DNA from: Planctomycetota bacterium
GTDB lineage: Bacteria > Planctomycetota > Phycisphaerae > WQYP01
NCBI GenBank assembly: GCA_021790385.1
Contig: JAJYDW010000003.1
Coordinates: forward strand, 25,869 to 89,868
Direction: 5' to 3'
Length of the DNA: 64,000 nucleotides
The notes below the pieces were generated by a model. The model worked only from the letters and a program-made list of their open reading frames with translations. It was not told the DNA's origin and made no database searches. A program made the translations under genes and the position numbers. How positions within the stretch are numbered: position 1 is the stretch's first letter; each line of letters opens with the position of its first letter. Positions 27,880 to 36,264 of this stretch are shown in pieces.

Positions 27880-29265
27880 ATGCAGAAAACCGTGGCTCAC
27901 ATTGAAGCATTTTTGAAAGGATTAGTGTTTGACTGCCAATCCTGCGGCCAATGTGTGCTTAGCCAAACCGGGTTGATCTGTCCCATGACTTGCCCAAAAG
28001 GCCTGCGCAATGGCCCCTGCGGCGGCACCTTGCATGGAGAATGTGAAGTATATCCAGATCGCCGTTGTGTGTGGGTACGTATCGGTCATCGCATCGCCGG
28101 CGCTTCCCTCGATACGCCTCCACTACTGCCGTCGCCCGACGCTCGTTTATTTAATACCTCATCTTATTTGAACATGCTCTCCGGATCAGACCGCGGCGGC
28201 CGCACACCTTTGCCATACCTGGATTTAGGCGATCGGCGTACCCGCCAGCCTGTGGCCACGCCATCACGGCTGGAACGACGGCTAAAATCCGGGGGCTTCG
28301 TTAAGACCTGTGAAATTCGCGCCCCGCGTACCGCCCGGTGGGATAACTTTGTGCGCCAAGCCCTGCTGGTGCGTGATCACTTTGACGCCGTCAACGCCAC
28401 CGCATACTTAAATGCCCGGCCATCGATCTCCTCACCGATGGCGGCGGTGAAACTCGGCCAGATGGGTATAGAGGCAATTTGCCAGTCTACCTGTCGAGAT
28501 CATACCCGAACCACCTTTATCGCGGAGCTGCTGGAAAACCAGATCAACGATGTCCATAACGTGATGTGCCTGACGGGCGATTCCTACAGCGGGGTGCCCA
28601 AGATTAAACAGGTGTTTGACATGGATGCCGCGCTGATGATTTATGAAGCCCGACATCTGCGTCATACCGGCATCATCCGTTTCACCGGCGAAACGATGCA
28701 ACCCACCCCGCAACCGTTCCTTGGTGCGGCCATTAATCCGTATACCGAGCCGATTGACGTGCCCATTCGCCGACTCAAGCAAAAAATTGCCGCCGGTGTC
28801 GATTTTATCCAGACGCAATTGGTATTTGACGTGCCGCGCTTCCGTCAATTTATGGATCTGTTTCGGCAGGAAAAAATGAATGAAGATGTATTTCTGATTG
28901 TCGGCGTACCGGTGGTAACATCCATGAAGGTTTTGGATATGCTGCCGAAAATACCCGGAGCACATCTTCCGCCGGAAATGATCCAGCATTTGAAGCAGGC
29001 CCCGGATATTGTTACCGCAGGGCTGGCCGCCGCCCGCAAAATTATCGAGGAAGTTTATGACATTCCAGGCGTTGCCGGCGTCCATCTGATGCTCTTCGGT
29101 CCGGATCACGCTGTGCTGCCGGGGTTGGTTGGTGATTTGCCGGTCAATCGATCAGATTGGAAGCCATCGCCGCTGGAACCGTTATTGCCGGTACCTGGCA
29201 CCAATACGGTTATCTCACCTGTTAAAACTCGTGGTATGAGGGCCGCATGTCCATTCCCAGTTTGA
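27880..29265 (+). CDS. metF: Fusion of a MetV-like Cys-rich domain (MTHFR_C type) to methylenetetrahydrofolate reductase (MetF)
   Basis: The N-terminus is CQSCGQCVLSQTGLICPMTCPKGLRNGPCGG...CEVYPDRRCVW. The MTHFR core follows: FVKTCEIRAPR...AICQSTCRDHTRTTFIAELLENQINDVHNVMCLTGD...FIQTQLVFD. Confidence 0.85.
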   Translation: MQKTVAHIEAFLKGLVFDCQSCGQCVLSQTGLICPMTCPKGLRNGPCGGTLHGECEVYPDRRCVWVRIGHRIAGASLDTPPLLPSPDARLFNTSSYLNMLSGSDRGGRTPLPYLDLGDRRTRQPVATPSRLERRLKSGGFVKTCEIRAPRTARWDNFVRQALLVRDHFDAVNATAYLNARPSISSPMAAVKLGQMGIEAICQSTCRDHTRTTFIAELLENQINDVHNVMCLTGDSYSGVPKIKQVFDMDAALMIYEARHLRHTGIIRFTGETMQPTPQPFLGAAINPYTEPIDVPIRRLKQKIAAGVDFIQTQLVFDVPRFRQFMDLFRQEKMNEDVFLIVGVPVVTSMKVLDMLPKIPGAHLPPEMIQHLKQAPDIVTAGLAAARKIIEEVYDIPGVAGVHLMLFGPDHAVLPGLVGDLPVNRSDWKPSPLEPLLPVPGTNTVISPVKTRGMRAACPFPV

Positions 29266-30137
29266 AAATCATCGGCGAGCGCATCAATCCCGGATTCGCC
29301 AAATCCAAAACCATGCTCGACGGTGGTGATATTGCCGGCCTGCAGGAACTGGCCCGATCCCAGACTGCCAAAGGCTGTGATTATCTCACAATTAATATCG
29401 GAGATCGGGCGGAGCGCGACAGCGGATTTTTGGTGGATGTCATCCAGGCCGTGCAAGCCGTCAGCCATCTGCCCCTGTCTTTTGATTATCCCAACCGGGC
29501 CGTACAGGAAATCTGCCTCAAGGCATGGCAGCCAGCCAAAGCCCAGGGCCGTAAACCCATTGTCAATTCCATTTCTGAATTGCGCTGGGATATGCTCGAT
29601 GTACTCAAGATAACCCCCGCCAAAGTGGTGCTCATGGCCTCTGAACGGATGGAAGACGGCCAACCCGTGCCCAATGAAACGCCCACCGAGATTGCCTCCA
29701 CCGTGCATCGGATGGTGCATAACATTCTCTCGAATGGCTATGGCTTGGGGCCTGAGGACTTATTTGTCGATGTATCGCTGACGCCGATCGCCATGGATAC
29801 CAATGGCCTGGTGCGGCGGGCTATAGAGGCCATCCGGCTCATCGGCGCTGATGCCGACCTTCACGGAATACATCTGGTTGTGGGGCTTTCCAATCTGGGT
29901 ATTATGCTGCCCAAAGTTGCTGTGGATGGCAGCCCGCTGCCGGTAAAAATAGAATCGGCCTTTCTCACCCTGACTATGCCGCACGGTCTGGACACTGTTT
30001 TAGGCACGCCGGGCCGCGATTACCGCATTCTGCCGCCCGATGATTTTGTTCTGCAAGGGTTCCAGCAAGCCATTGCGCTTGAGGGTTTTGATACCCTGGA
30101 GCGTATTCGTCGGCTTTATCAAAAGGACGAGGGATGA
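29247..30137 (+). CDS. Pterin-binding methyltransferase (methyl-corrinoid:tetrahydrofolate methyltransferase; MeTr/MtrH/CmuB-like)
   Basis: LKIIGERINPGFAKSKTMLDGGDIAGLQELARSQTAKGCDYLTINIG is typical of the pterin-binding (DHPS-like) TIM barrel of the MetH/AcsE type. It overlaps the upstream gene by 19 nt. Confidence 0.8.
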   Translation: MSIPSLKIIGERINPGFAKSKTMLDGGDIAGLQELARSQTAKGCDYLTINIGDRAERDSGFLVDVIQAVQAVSHLPLSFDYPNRAVQEICLKAWQPAKAQGRKPIVNSISELRWDMLDVLKITPAKVVLMASERMEDGQPVPNETPTEIASTVHRMVHNILSNGYGLGPEDLFVDVSLTPIAMDTNGLVRRAIEAIRLIGADADLHGIHLVVGLSNLGIMLPKVAVDGSPLPVKIESAFLTLTMPHGLDTVLGTPGRDYRILPPDDFVLQGFQQAIALEGFDTLERIRRLYQKDEG

Positions 30138-31384
30138 ATAACCTGTTGATCCAGGCGGAAAGCTATTTTGATGGGCGGCAGAACCACAGTGCAGGTCCGT
30201 ATCTGTTTACCCTCACCAATGGTATTATCCGAGACATTTGCGCCCTTCGACCCGGCGATGGTGTTCCAGCCATCCATGCCACCACGCCGCGTCTGCACAC
30301 AGCGTTTGTCATGCCAGGACTCGTCGAGGCTCATTGCCATTTGTTTCTGGACGGCGGCGAGTTGGATTTAACCGCACGCAAACAATATCTGACCGTAACC
30401 ACGGCCAGGATGCTGGATGTGGCACGATCCAATCTGGCCGCCAATACCGCCGCGGGTATCACGCTCATCCGTGATGCCGGTGATATTCACGGCGTAAATA
30501 CGTATTTGAAAGAAGAACTGGCCCACGCCCGCGGTGTCGTACCCGAGTTACGCAGTCCCGGCCGGGCCATTCGTAAGACCGGTCGCTATGGAAGTTTCAT
30601 GGCCCTGGAAGTCCGTGATGCGGAAAGTATCGAGCGAACCATTGAGAGCCTGGCCCCCACCGCCGACGATCTGAAAATTCTACTGACCGGCATCATTGAT
30701 TTCGAAAATGGCTGCGTCAAGGGACCCGTACAATTTGACCTCGCGGAAACACAGTTGATTGTCCGCACGGCTCGCCGCCTGGGCCTGAAAACGTACGCCC
30801 ATTGCAATGGGCCGGAAGCGCTTAACATTGCGGTGGATGCGGGAATCGATTCCATTGAGCATGGTTTTTTCATGGAACCGGATATCGTTAAGAAAATGGC
30901 CGACAAGGGTACCGCCTGGGTGCCCACCTTTGCACCGGTTTATTTTCAATTCGCGCGCCCCGATGTCACCAAATGGAACCCGGCCACCCTGGCCAAACTC
31001 CACGCCATTTTGCAGAATCATTTTCATACCGTCGCCGAGGCCTCCGCAAGGGGCGTACCCGTGGTCGCCGGATCCGATGCGGGAAGTTACGGCGTACCGC
31101 ATGGCACGGGCCTCATTGATGAGTTGCTGTTTCTACGGCAGGCCGGGCTGACGGTAGAGCAGGTGCTCAGCGCCGCCACGAGCGTCCCACGCCAACTTTG
31201 GAATGCGCCATCAGCGGATGTGGCGGTGGGCCAAGCCGCGAATTTTATTGCTCTGGCGGACTCGCCGTTGAATGATATAAACGCATTGCGCCAGGTCCGA
31301 CTGATCTGCCGCAATGGACAGGCAGTCAGGCCCGACGGTACCTCACCCACCCTCGCATCAACCGTCTTATCTATGGAAAAATGA
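30134..31384 (+). CDS. Metal-dependent amidohydrolase-superfamily protein
   Basis: It has the HxH motif (GLVEAHCHLF), later His residues (YAHCNG, IEHG) and the metal Asp in VVAGSDAG. An ATGA overlap links it to the upstream gene. Confidence 0.78.
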   Translation: MNNLLIQAESYFDGRQNHSAGPYLFTLTNGIIRDICALRPGDGVPAIHATTPRLHTAFVMPGLVEAHCHLFLDGGELDLTARKQYLTVTTARMLDVARSNLAANTAAGITLIRDAGDIHGVNTYLKEELAHARGVVPELRSPGRAIRKTGRYGSFMALEVRDAESIERTIESLAPTADDLKILLTGIIDFENGCVKGPVQFDLAETQLIVRTARRLGLKTYAHCNGPEALNIAVDAGIDSIEHGFFMEPDIVKKMADKGTAWVPTFAPVYFQFARPDVTKWNPATLAKLHAILQNHFHTVAEASARGVPVVAGSDAGSYGVPHGTGLIDELLFLRQAGLTVEQVLSAATSVPRQLWNAPSADVAVGQAANFIALADSPLNDINALRQVRLICRNGQAVRPDGTSPTLASTVLSMEK

Positions 31385-31385
31385 C

Positions 31386-32468
31386 ATGACCCAACTTACC
31401 AGCCAGGAACGTGTGAATCGGGCCTTGACGCGGCAGGATCACGACCGCGTGCCGCGACACGAATCCTTCTGGGGTGAAACAATCACCCGCTGGAAAGATG
31501 AAGGCCTTTCCGGCGATGCCCAGACTGTTTTAGATATGCTGGGCAGCGACTTTCACGGCTTGTGCTGGGTCTGGCCCAGTATTTTTCCAGGCCAGGACAC
31601 ACTCATTGAAGAAGACGCCCAAACCCGCGTGGTACGTGATGCTCAGGGCAAACGCGTGCGTTATTGGAAAGAAAAAAGCGGAACGCCCGAACATCTGGGC
31701 TTTGAGTGTTCCTCACGGGATGTGTGGGAACGCACCTTCAAACCGGCTTTGCTGGATACCGGCCTACAAATTGATCCGGATGCGGTTAAACGCAACTATC
31801 GGCAGGGTCGTTCGAAAAAGCTCTGGTGCCATCTGACTGGTGTAGAAAGTTTTGAGGAAACCCGGTCCCTCATGGGCGACGAAATTACACTCATGGCCAT
31901 GGTGGAAGACCCCGAATGGGTTCGCGATGTTTCCCGCACTTTTACCGACCAGACCCTGCGCAACTTTGATGCCGCCATGGCCACCGGCATTCAACCTGAC
32001 GGCCTGTGGATCTACGGCGACATGGCCTATAACCATGCGACCATGTGCTCACCAGAGATGTATAAGGAATTGATCTGGCCTGATCACAAGAGACTCGCCG
32101 ACTGGGCCCACGCGCACAATATGAAATTCATCTATCACACCGATGGCGATATCAACGGCGTGATGGATTTATACGTCAAAGCCGGGTTTGATTGTCTGCA
32201 ACCTCTTGAGGCCAAAGCCGGCGTGGATATTCGCAAGCTCTGCCCAAAATATGGCCGAGAGCTTGCATTCTTCGGCAACATCGATGTGATGAAAATGGCC
32301 ACCAACGACTTGGCCGCCATCGAAGAGGAAATAAAAAACAAATTCGCCGCCGGCATGGCTACCCAAGGGTACATTTACCATAGCGATCACAGTGTGCCGC
32401 CGCAGGTAAGCTGGAAAACCTATCAGGCCATCATGCAAATGGTTGAGAAATACGGACGCTATACCTAA
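31386..32468 (+). CDS. URO-D-family (MtaA/CmuA-like, COG0407-type) methyltransferase, paralog 1
   Basis: Features are the N-terminal DHDRVP and the core FIYHTDGDINGVMDLYVKAGFDCLQPLE. The length and TIM-barrel pattern fit the URO-D family. The ATG at 31386 lies 1 nt after the amidohydrolase stop. Confidence 0.78.
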   Translation: MTQLTSQERVNRALTRQDHDRVPRHESFWGETITRWKDEGLSGDAQTVLDMLGSDFHGLCWVWPSIFPGQDTLIEEDAQTRVVRDAQGKRVRYWKEKSGTPEHLGFECSSRDVWERTFKPALLDTGLQIDPDAVKRNYRQGRSKKLWCHLTGVESFEETRSLMGDEITLMAMVEDPEWVRDVSRTFTDQTLRNFDAAMATGIQPDGLWIYGDMAYNHATMCSPEMYKELIWPDHKRLADWAHAHNMKFIYHTDGDINGVMDLYVKAGFDCLQPLEAKAGVDIRKLCPKYGRELAFFGNIDVMKMATNDLAAIEEEIKNKFAAGMATQGYIYHSDHSVPPQVSWKTYQAIMQMVEKYGRYT

Positions 32469-32480
32469 AGGAGTATCAAG

Positions 32481-33599
32481 ATGACACCGCGACAGCGCTG
32501 GCTGGCGTTATTTAACAAACAACCCGCCGATCGTATACCGACCGACTACTGGGCCACGGGCGAATTCCACGCGAAAATACTGGCCAAGCTGGGCATCACC
32601 GGTACGGAAACGCAACACCCTGATCTAGATCCGGTATCCGCCTCACCCGAACAGCGAGCCGGGCGCGCCGACGAGATCCTCTGGCGGCGGCTCGATATTG
32701 ACCATCCGCGCGGGGTCGGACCACGCTGGAAGCTCAAAGCTCATCCGGATGATCCACAGGCCGATATGTGGGGCAATCGGCACCGCCGCATCGACTACGG
32801 AACCGGAGCGTATGATGAATTCGCCACCGGTCCGCTGGCTTCCATGACCACACCCGATCAAGTACGGGCGTTTCGCTGGCCGGACCCGGACGATTTTGAT
32901 TATTCATCCATTACCGAGGCATTGCATCATGACGATGGGTACCGCATTATTCAAGCCGGTGGATACGAGCCGTTTCTCATCTACGCCGGCATGCGCGGTA
33001 TGGAACAGGCTTATGAAGATCTGCTGCTCAATCCCGGCATGGTCGAAGCCGCCCTGGAAAAAATGTTCGCCTTCTTTTTTGAACACAATCGGCGCATTTT
33101 TCAGGCCGGCCGCGGTCATATTGACATGACCTACGTCGCGGAGGATTTAGCCGGCCAGACCGGACCGCTCTTTAGCCTGGAAATCTACCGTCGGTTCCTC
33201 CTTCCCTATCAGAAACGCATGGCCGACCTGGCCCGATCCTTCGGCATTCATATTTTTTACCACACCGACGGCGCTGCCCATGTATTCATTCCGGATCTCA
33301 TTCACACCGTCGGCATTGAGGTGCTCAACCCCATTCAATGGCGATGTCCGGGGATGGAACGGGAAACCCTGGCCCGCGACTTCGGCCATCTGGTGGCCTT
33401 TCATGGTGCCATAGACAACCAGCAGACACTCCCCTTCGGTACCCCCCAGCAGGTGGCCGAGGAGGTACGCCAAACAGCCGAGATATTCAAATCGTGCCGC
33501 TGGTTCTGCGCACCTTGTCACAACATCCAGGCGGTTACTCCCGTGGAAAATGTCATTGCCATGTATGAAACAGCCGCCAGTTTGAAATCACCGGGATAG
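32481..33599 (+). CDS. URO-D-family methyltransferase, paralog 2
   Basis: The N-terminal motif is PADRIP. The core IFYHTDGAAHVFIPDLIHTVGIEVLNPIQ is clearly homologous to paralog 1. Confidence 0.78.
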   Translation: MTPRQRWLALFNKQPADRIPTDYWATGEFHAKILAKLGITGTETQHPDLDPVSASPEQRAGRADEILWRRLDIDHPRGVGPRWKLKAHPDDPQADMWGNRHRRIDYGTGAYDEFATGPLASMTTPDQVRAFRWPDPDDFDYSSITEALHHDDGYRIIQAGGYEPFLIYAGMRGMEQAYEDLLLNPGMVEAALEKMFAFFFEHNRRIFQAGRGHIDMTYVAEDLAGQTGPLFSLEIYRRFLLPYQKRMADLARSFGIHIFYHTDGAAHVFIPDLIHTVGIEVLNPIQWRCPGMERETLARDFGHLVAFHGAIDNQQTLPFGTPQQVAEEVRQTAEIFKSCRWFCAPCHNIQAVTPVENVIAMYETAASLKSPG

Positions 33600-33656
33600 A
33601 TCACAGCTTGCGAGACTGGGTCGAACCGCGGCGGTAATATATAGGAGCAGATCACC

Positions 33657-34883
33657 ATGCCACCACATTCGCTGGCCACCGACCGCTTGGCACACCTGGA
33701 TTTCGCCGCACACAACACCGAGGTACAACAAGTCTGGCACGCATTTAATGAAGGCCTGCCCATTCGCACGCCCATCATCGTCGGCACCAACTCTCGCTAC
33801 TTTCTCTTGAATGGGCAGGCCAATCCATCGGGCATCAGCTTTCAGGAGTATTCCGAAAATCCCCGGGTCATGTTTGATAGCCAGTTGCAATTTCAACGCT
33901 GGTCACGACACAACATTCTTCAGGATGCCCAACTCGGCCTGCCCCAGAAATGGTCTCTGACACCGGATTTTCAAAATTATTACGAAGCCGGTTGGTTTGG
34001 CTGCCCCATTGTCTACCTCGACGGCCAGGTGCCGGATACCACTCCCGCATTTACAGATCATCCGGAGCAGATCATGGATCGCGGCCTGCCCGATCCATTT
34101 GGTGGGCTGATGGCCAGGGGATGGGATTATTTTCAGCATTTCAAAGAGCTTGCAGCCCGGCAGACCTACTGCGATATCCCGATTGAGATCTCCACACCGG
34201 GCTTTGGCTTGGGTACTGACGGCGTGATGACCGTGGCCTGCAACGTTTTCGGTCCCGAATTTGTGTGCACCGCCATGGTGGCCGAAACACAACGGCTGCA
34301 CCGGCTCTTCGAATTCATTACCGAAGCCACAATTCACCGCATGACCGCCTGGCGAAAACGGACTGGTATGCCGCTGACCGTCACAGATTTCGGCTTTGCC
34401 GATGACAGCATCGCCCTGATTTCCACCGATATGTACCGTCAGCACGTGCTGCCGCACCATCGCCGGCTTTGTAACGCCATGTGCCCCGCCGGGCGGCGAA
34501 GCATTCATCTATGCGGAGATGCCACCCGTCACTTTTTAACCATTCATGACGAATTAAATGTCTGGTCTTTTGATACCGGTTTCCCGGTCAACTTTGGCGA
34601 GTTGCGACGCCAATTGGGACCCAGGGTCCGTATACATGGAGGTCCGCACGTGGAATTGCTGCGCACCGGCCATCCTGCCACAATCCAGGCGGAGGTACAG
34701 CGCATTATGCAGTCCGGCATTCTGGCGGGAGGTTTATTTGTTCTGCGCGAAGGCAATAACCTGGCCCCCTTCACTCCGCTGGAAAATATAGAAGCGATGT
34801 ATCAGGCTGGAAAAGAATTTGGAAATCTCAAGGACTCTTTTTCCGCCATGACCACTGCGGCACCCCGATCGAAGAAACCATGA
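33657..34883 (+). CDS. URO-D-family-like methyltransferase, divergent paralog 3 (retains an H-x-C motif)
   Basis: RSIHLCGDATRHF resembles the HxCG zinc-ligand region of MtaA-type enzymes. Overall length and position in the operon also fit. Confidence 0.62.
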   Translation: MPPHSLATDRLAHLDFAAHNTEVQQVWHAFNEGLPIRTPIIVGTNSRYFLLNGQANPSGISFQEYSENPRVMFDSQLQFQRWSRHNILQDAQLGLPQKWSLTPDFQNYYEAGWFGCPIVYLDGQVPDTTPAFTDHPEQIMDRGLPDPFGGLMARGWDYFQHFKELAARQTYCDIPIEISTPGFGLGTDGVMTVACNVFGPEFVCTAMVAETQRLHRLFEFITEATIHRMTAWRKRTGMPLTVTDFGFADDSIALISTDMYRQHVLPHHRRLCNAMCPAGRRSIHLCGDATRHFLTIHDELNVWSFDTGFPVNFGELRRQLGPRVRIHGGPHVELLRTGHPATIQAEVQRIMQSGILAGGLFVLREGNNLAPFTPLENIEAMYQAGKEFGNLKDSFSAMTTAAPRSKKP

Positions 34884-36004
34884 TCCGTGAACTCCAATTG
34901 AAGCCCGATTTCGGATGCACCATCGACCGATTTGAAGCCTGGTGGAATGGCCAGGTGCTGGACCGCCCCCCAGTGACCCTCCGGGCCGCGGCTCCGGCCC
35001 GCACCGCCACGGCCCCGACACTCCCTCAACCTCCCCTGCTCTACGACCGCTGGATGGAGGTGCAATACGTCGTAGACACGGCCATAGAAGCCATTTCCCG
35101 TCGCGTTTATCCCGGCGATTCCTTGCCGATCTTCTGGGCCAATCTCGGCCCGGAAATTACCGCCACCCTGTTCGGATGCCCGCTGGAATTCGGCCCCGAC
35201 ACCAGTTGGTCTTCACCGGTGGTCCATCACCAAAACGAGTGGCAGAGAATTATCGACTCGCCGCCCGATTTTTCCAACATCTACTGGCAAACCATGGAAG
35301 CCATGATGCGCTATGCCCTGGATATTTGCGACCAACGATTTGTGGTCGGAATGACGGATTTGCATGGCAACTATGATATTTTAGCAGCGCTGCGCGACCC
35401 CCAGGCGTTGTGTGAAGATATTCTCGATGCCCCGGAACTGGTCCGGCAGGCAGGTCGCCACGTATCCAACGGATTTGCCATGGCGTTTAACCGACAATAC
35501 GCCATCGTCCGGCAGGCTGGTTTTGGCAGCACTTGCTGGACTCCGTCTTACCATCAAGGACCGGCCTATGTTCCGAGTTGTGATTTCTGGTGCATGGTTT
35601 CAAGTGAAGTCGCCTGCAATCTGATTTTGCCCGATATTCTGGTGGAAATGCAACCCCTGACTCGCAGTATCTTTCATCTCGATGGCCCGCAGGCTCTGCG
35701 CCACCTCGATCTGCTTCTGGAATTGCCGAACTTGCATGCCATACAATGGGTTTTCGGAGCCGGACATGGACCTGCCAGCGCCTGGATGGATGTTTACCGC
35801 CGCATCCGCAGCGCCGGTAAAGCGGTCCAGATTCTGGCGGAAAATCCCGCCGACGCCTTGGCTGTGCTCGCAGCTATTGGCCCGCGCGGCGTATGGCTGG
35901 ATGTCGGCGGACCCGAGTTTCCCTCCTTAGCCGCCGCCGATTCATTTTTACTCGAAGTCCAGCGACTGACCCGTACTCACCAGGTGAGGGGACCCACAAA
36001 ATAA
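34880..36004 (+). CDS. Hypothetical protein, probably a fourth very divergent URO-D-like barrel
   Basis: The N-terminal LDRPPV and the core IFHLDGPQALRHLDLLLELPNLHAIQWV sit where the YHTDG...LNPIQ block lies in paralogs 1 and 2. An ATGA overlap links it to paralog 3. The assignment is by eye only. Confidence 0.45.
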   Translation: MIRELQLKPDFGCTIDRFEAWWNGQVLDRPPVTLRAAAPARTATAPTLPQPPLLYDRWMEVQYVVDTAIEAISRRVYPGDSLPIFWANLGPEITATLFGCPLEFGPDTSWSSPVVHHQNEWQRIIDSPPDFSNIYWQTMEAMMRYALDICDQRFVVGMTDLHGNYDILAALRDPQALCEDILDAPELVRQAGRHVSNGFAMAFNRQYAIVRQAGFGSTCWTPSYHQGPAYVPSCDFWCMVSSEVACNLILPDILVEMQPLTRSIFHLDGPQALRHLDLLLELPNLHAIQWVFGAGHGPASAWMDVYRRIRSAGKAVQILAENPADALAVLAAIGPRGVWLDVGGPEFPSLAAADSFLLEVQRLTRTHQVRGPTK

Positions 36005-36264
36005 ATTCATATTTTACGGAACACTAACCGGCGATGTCTCCATTGCTGCGGCGAACATTAACGATGCGCTCGATCATGGATTTAGCCGCCGATGAACTAA
36101 CCCTACGCCTTTGACACCTTGGACCGCGAATCAAAGAAACCTATCACGACGGTCTCAAAGCGGCTGATATCGCAGAGGCAACTCTGACTGCGGATGGTCA
36201 TTTTCGCTCCTTTTGCTACAATCTCATCCAGCGGTCGGCAAAATCTACTCTGAAGGGAAAATGT

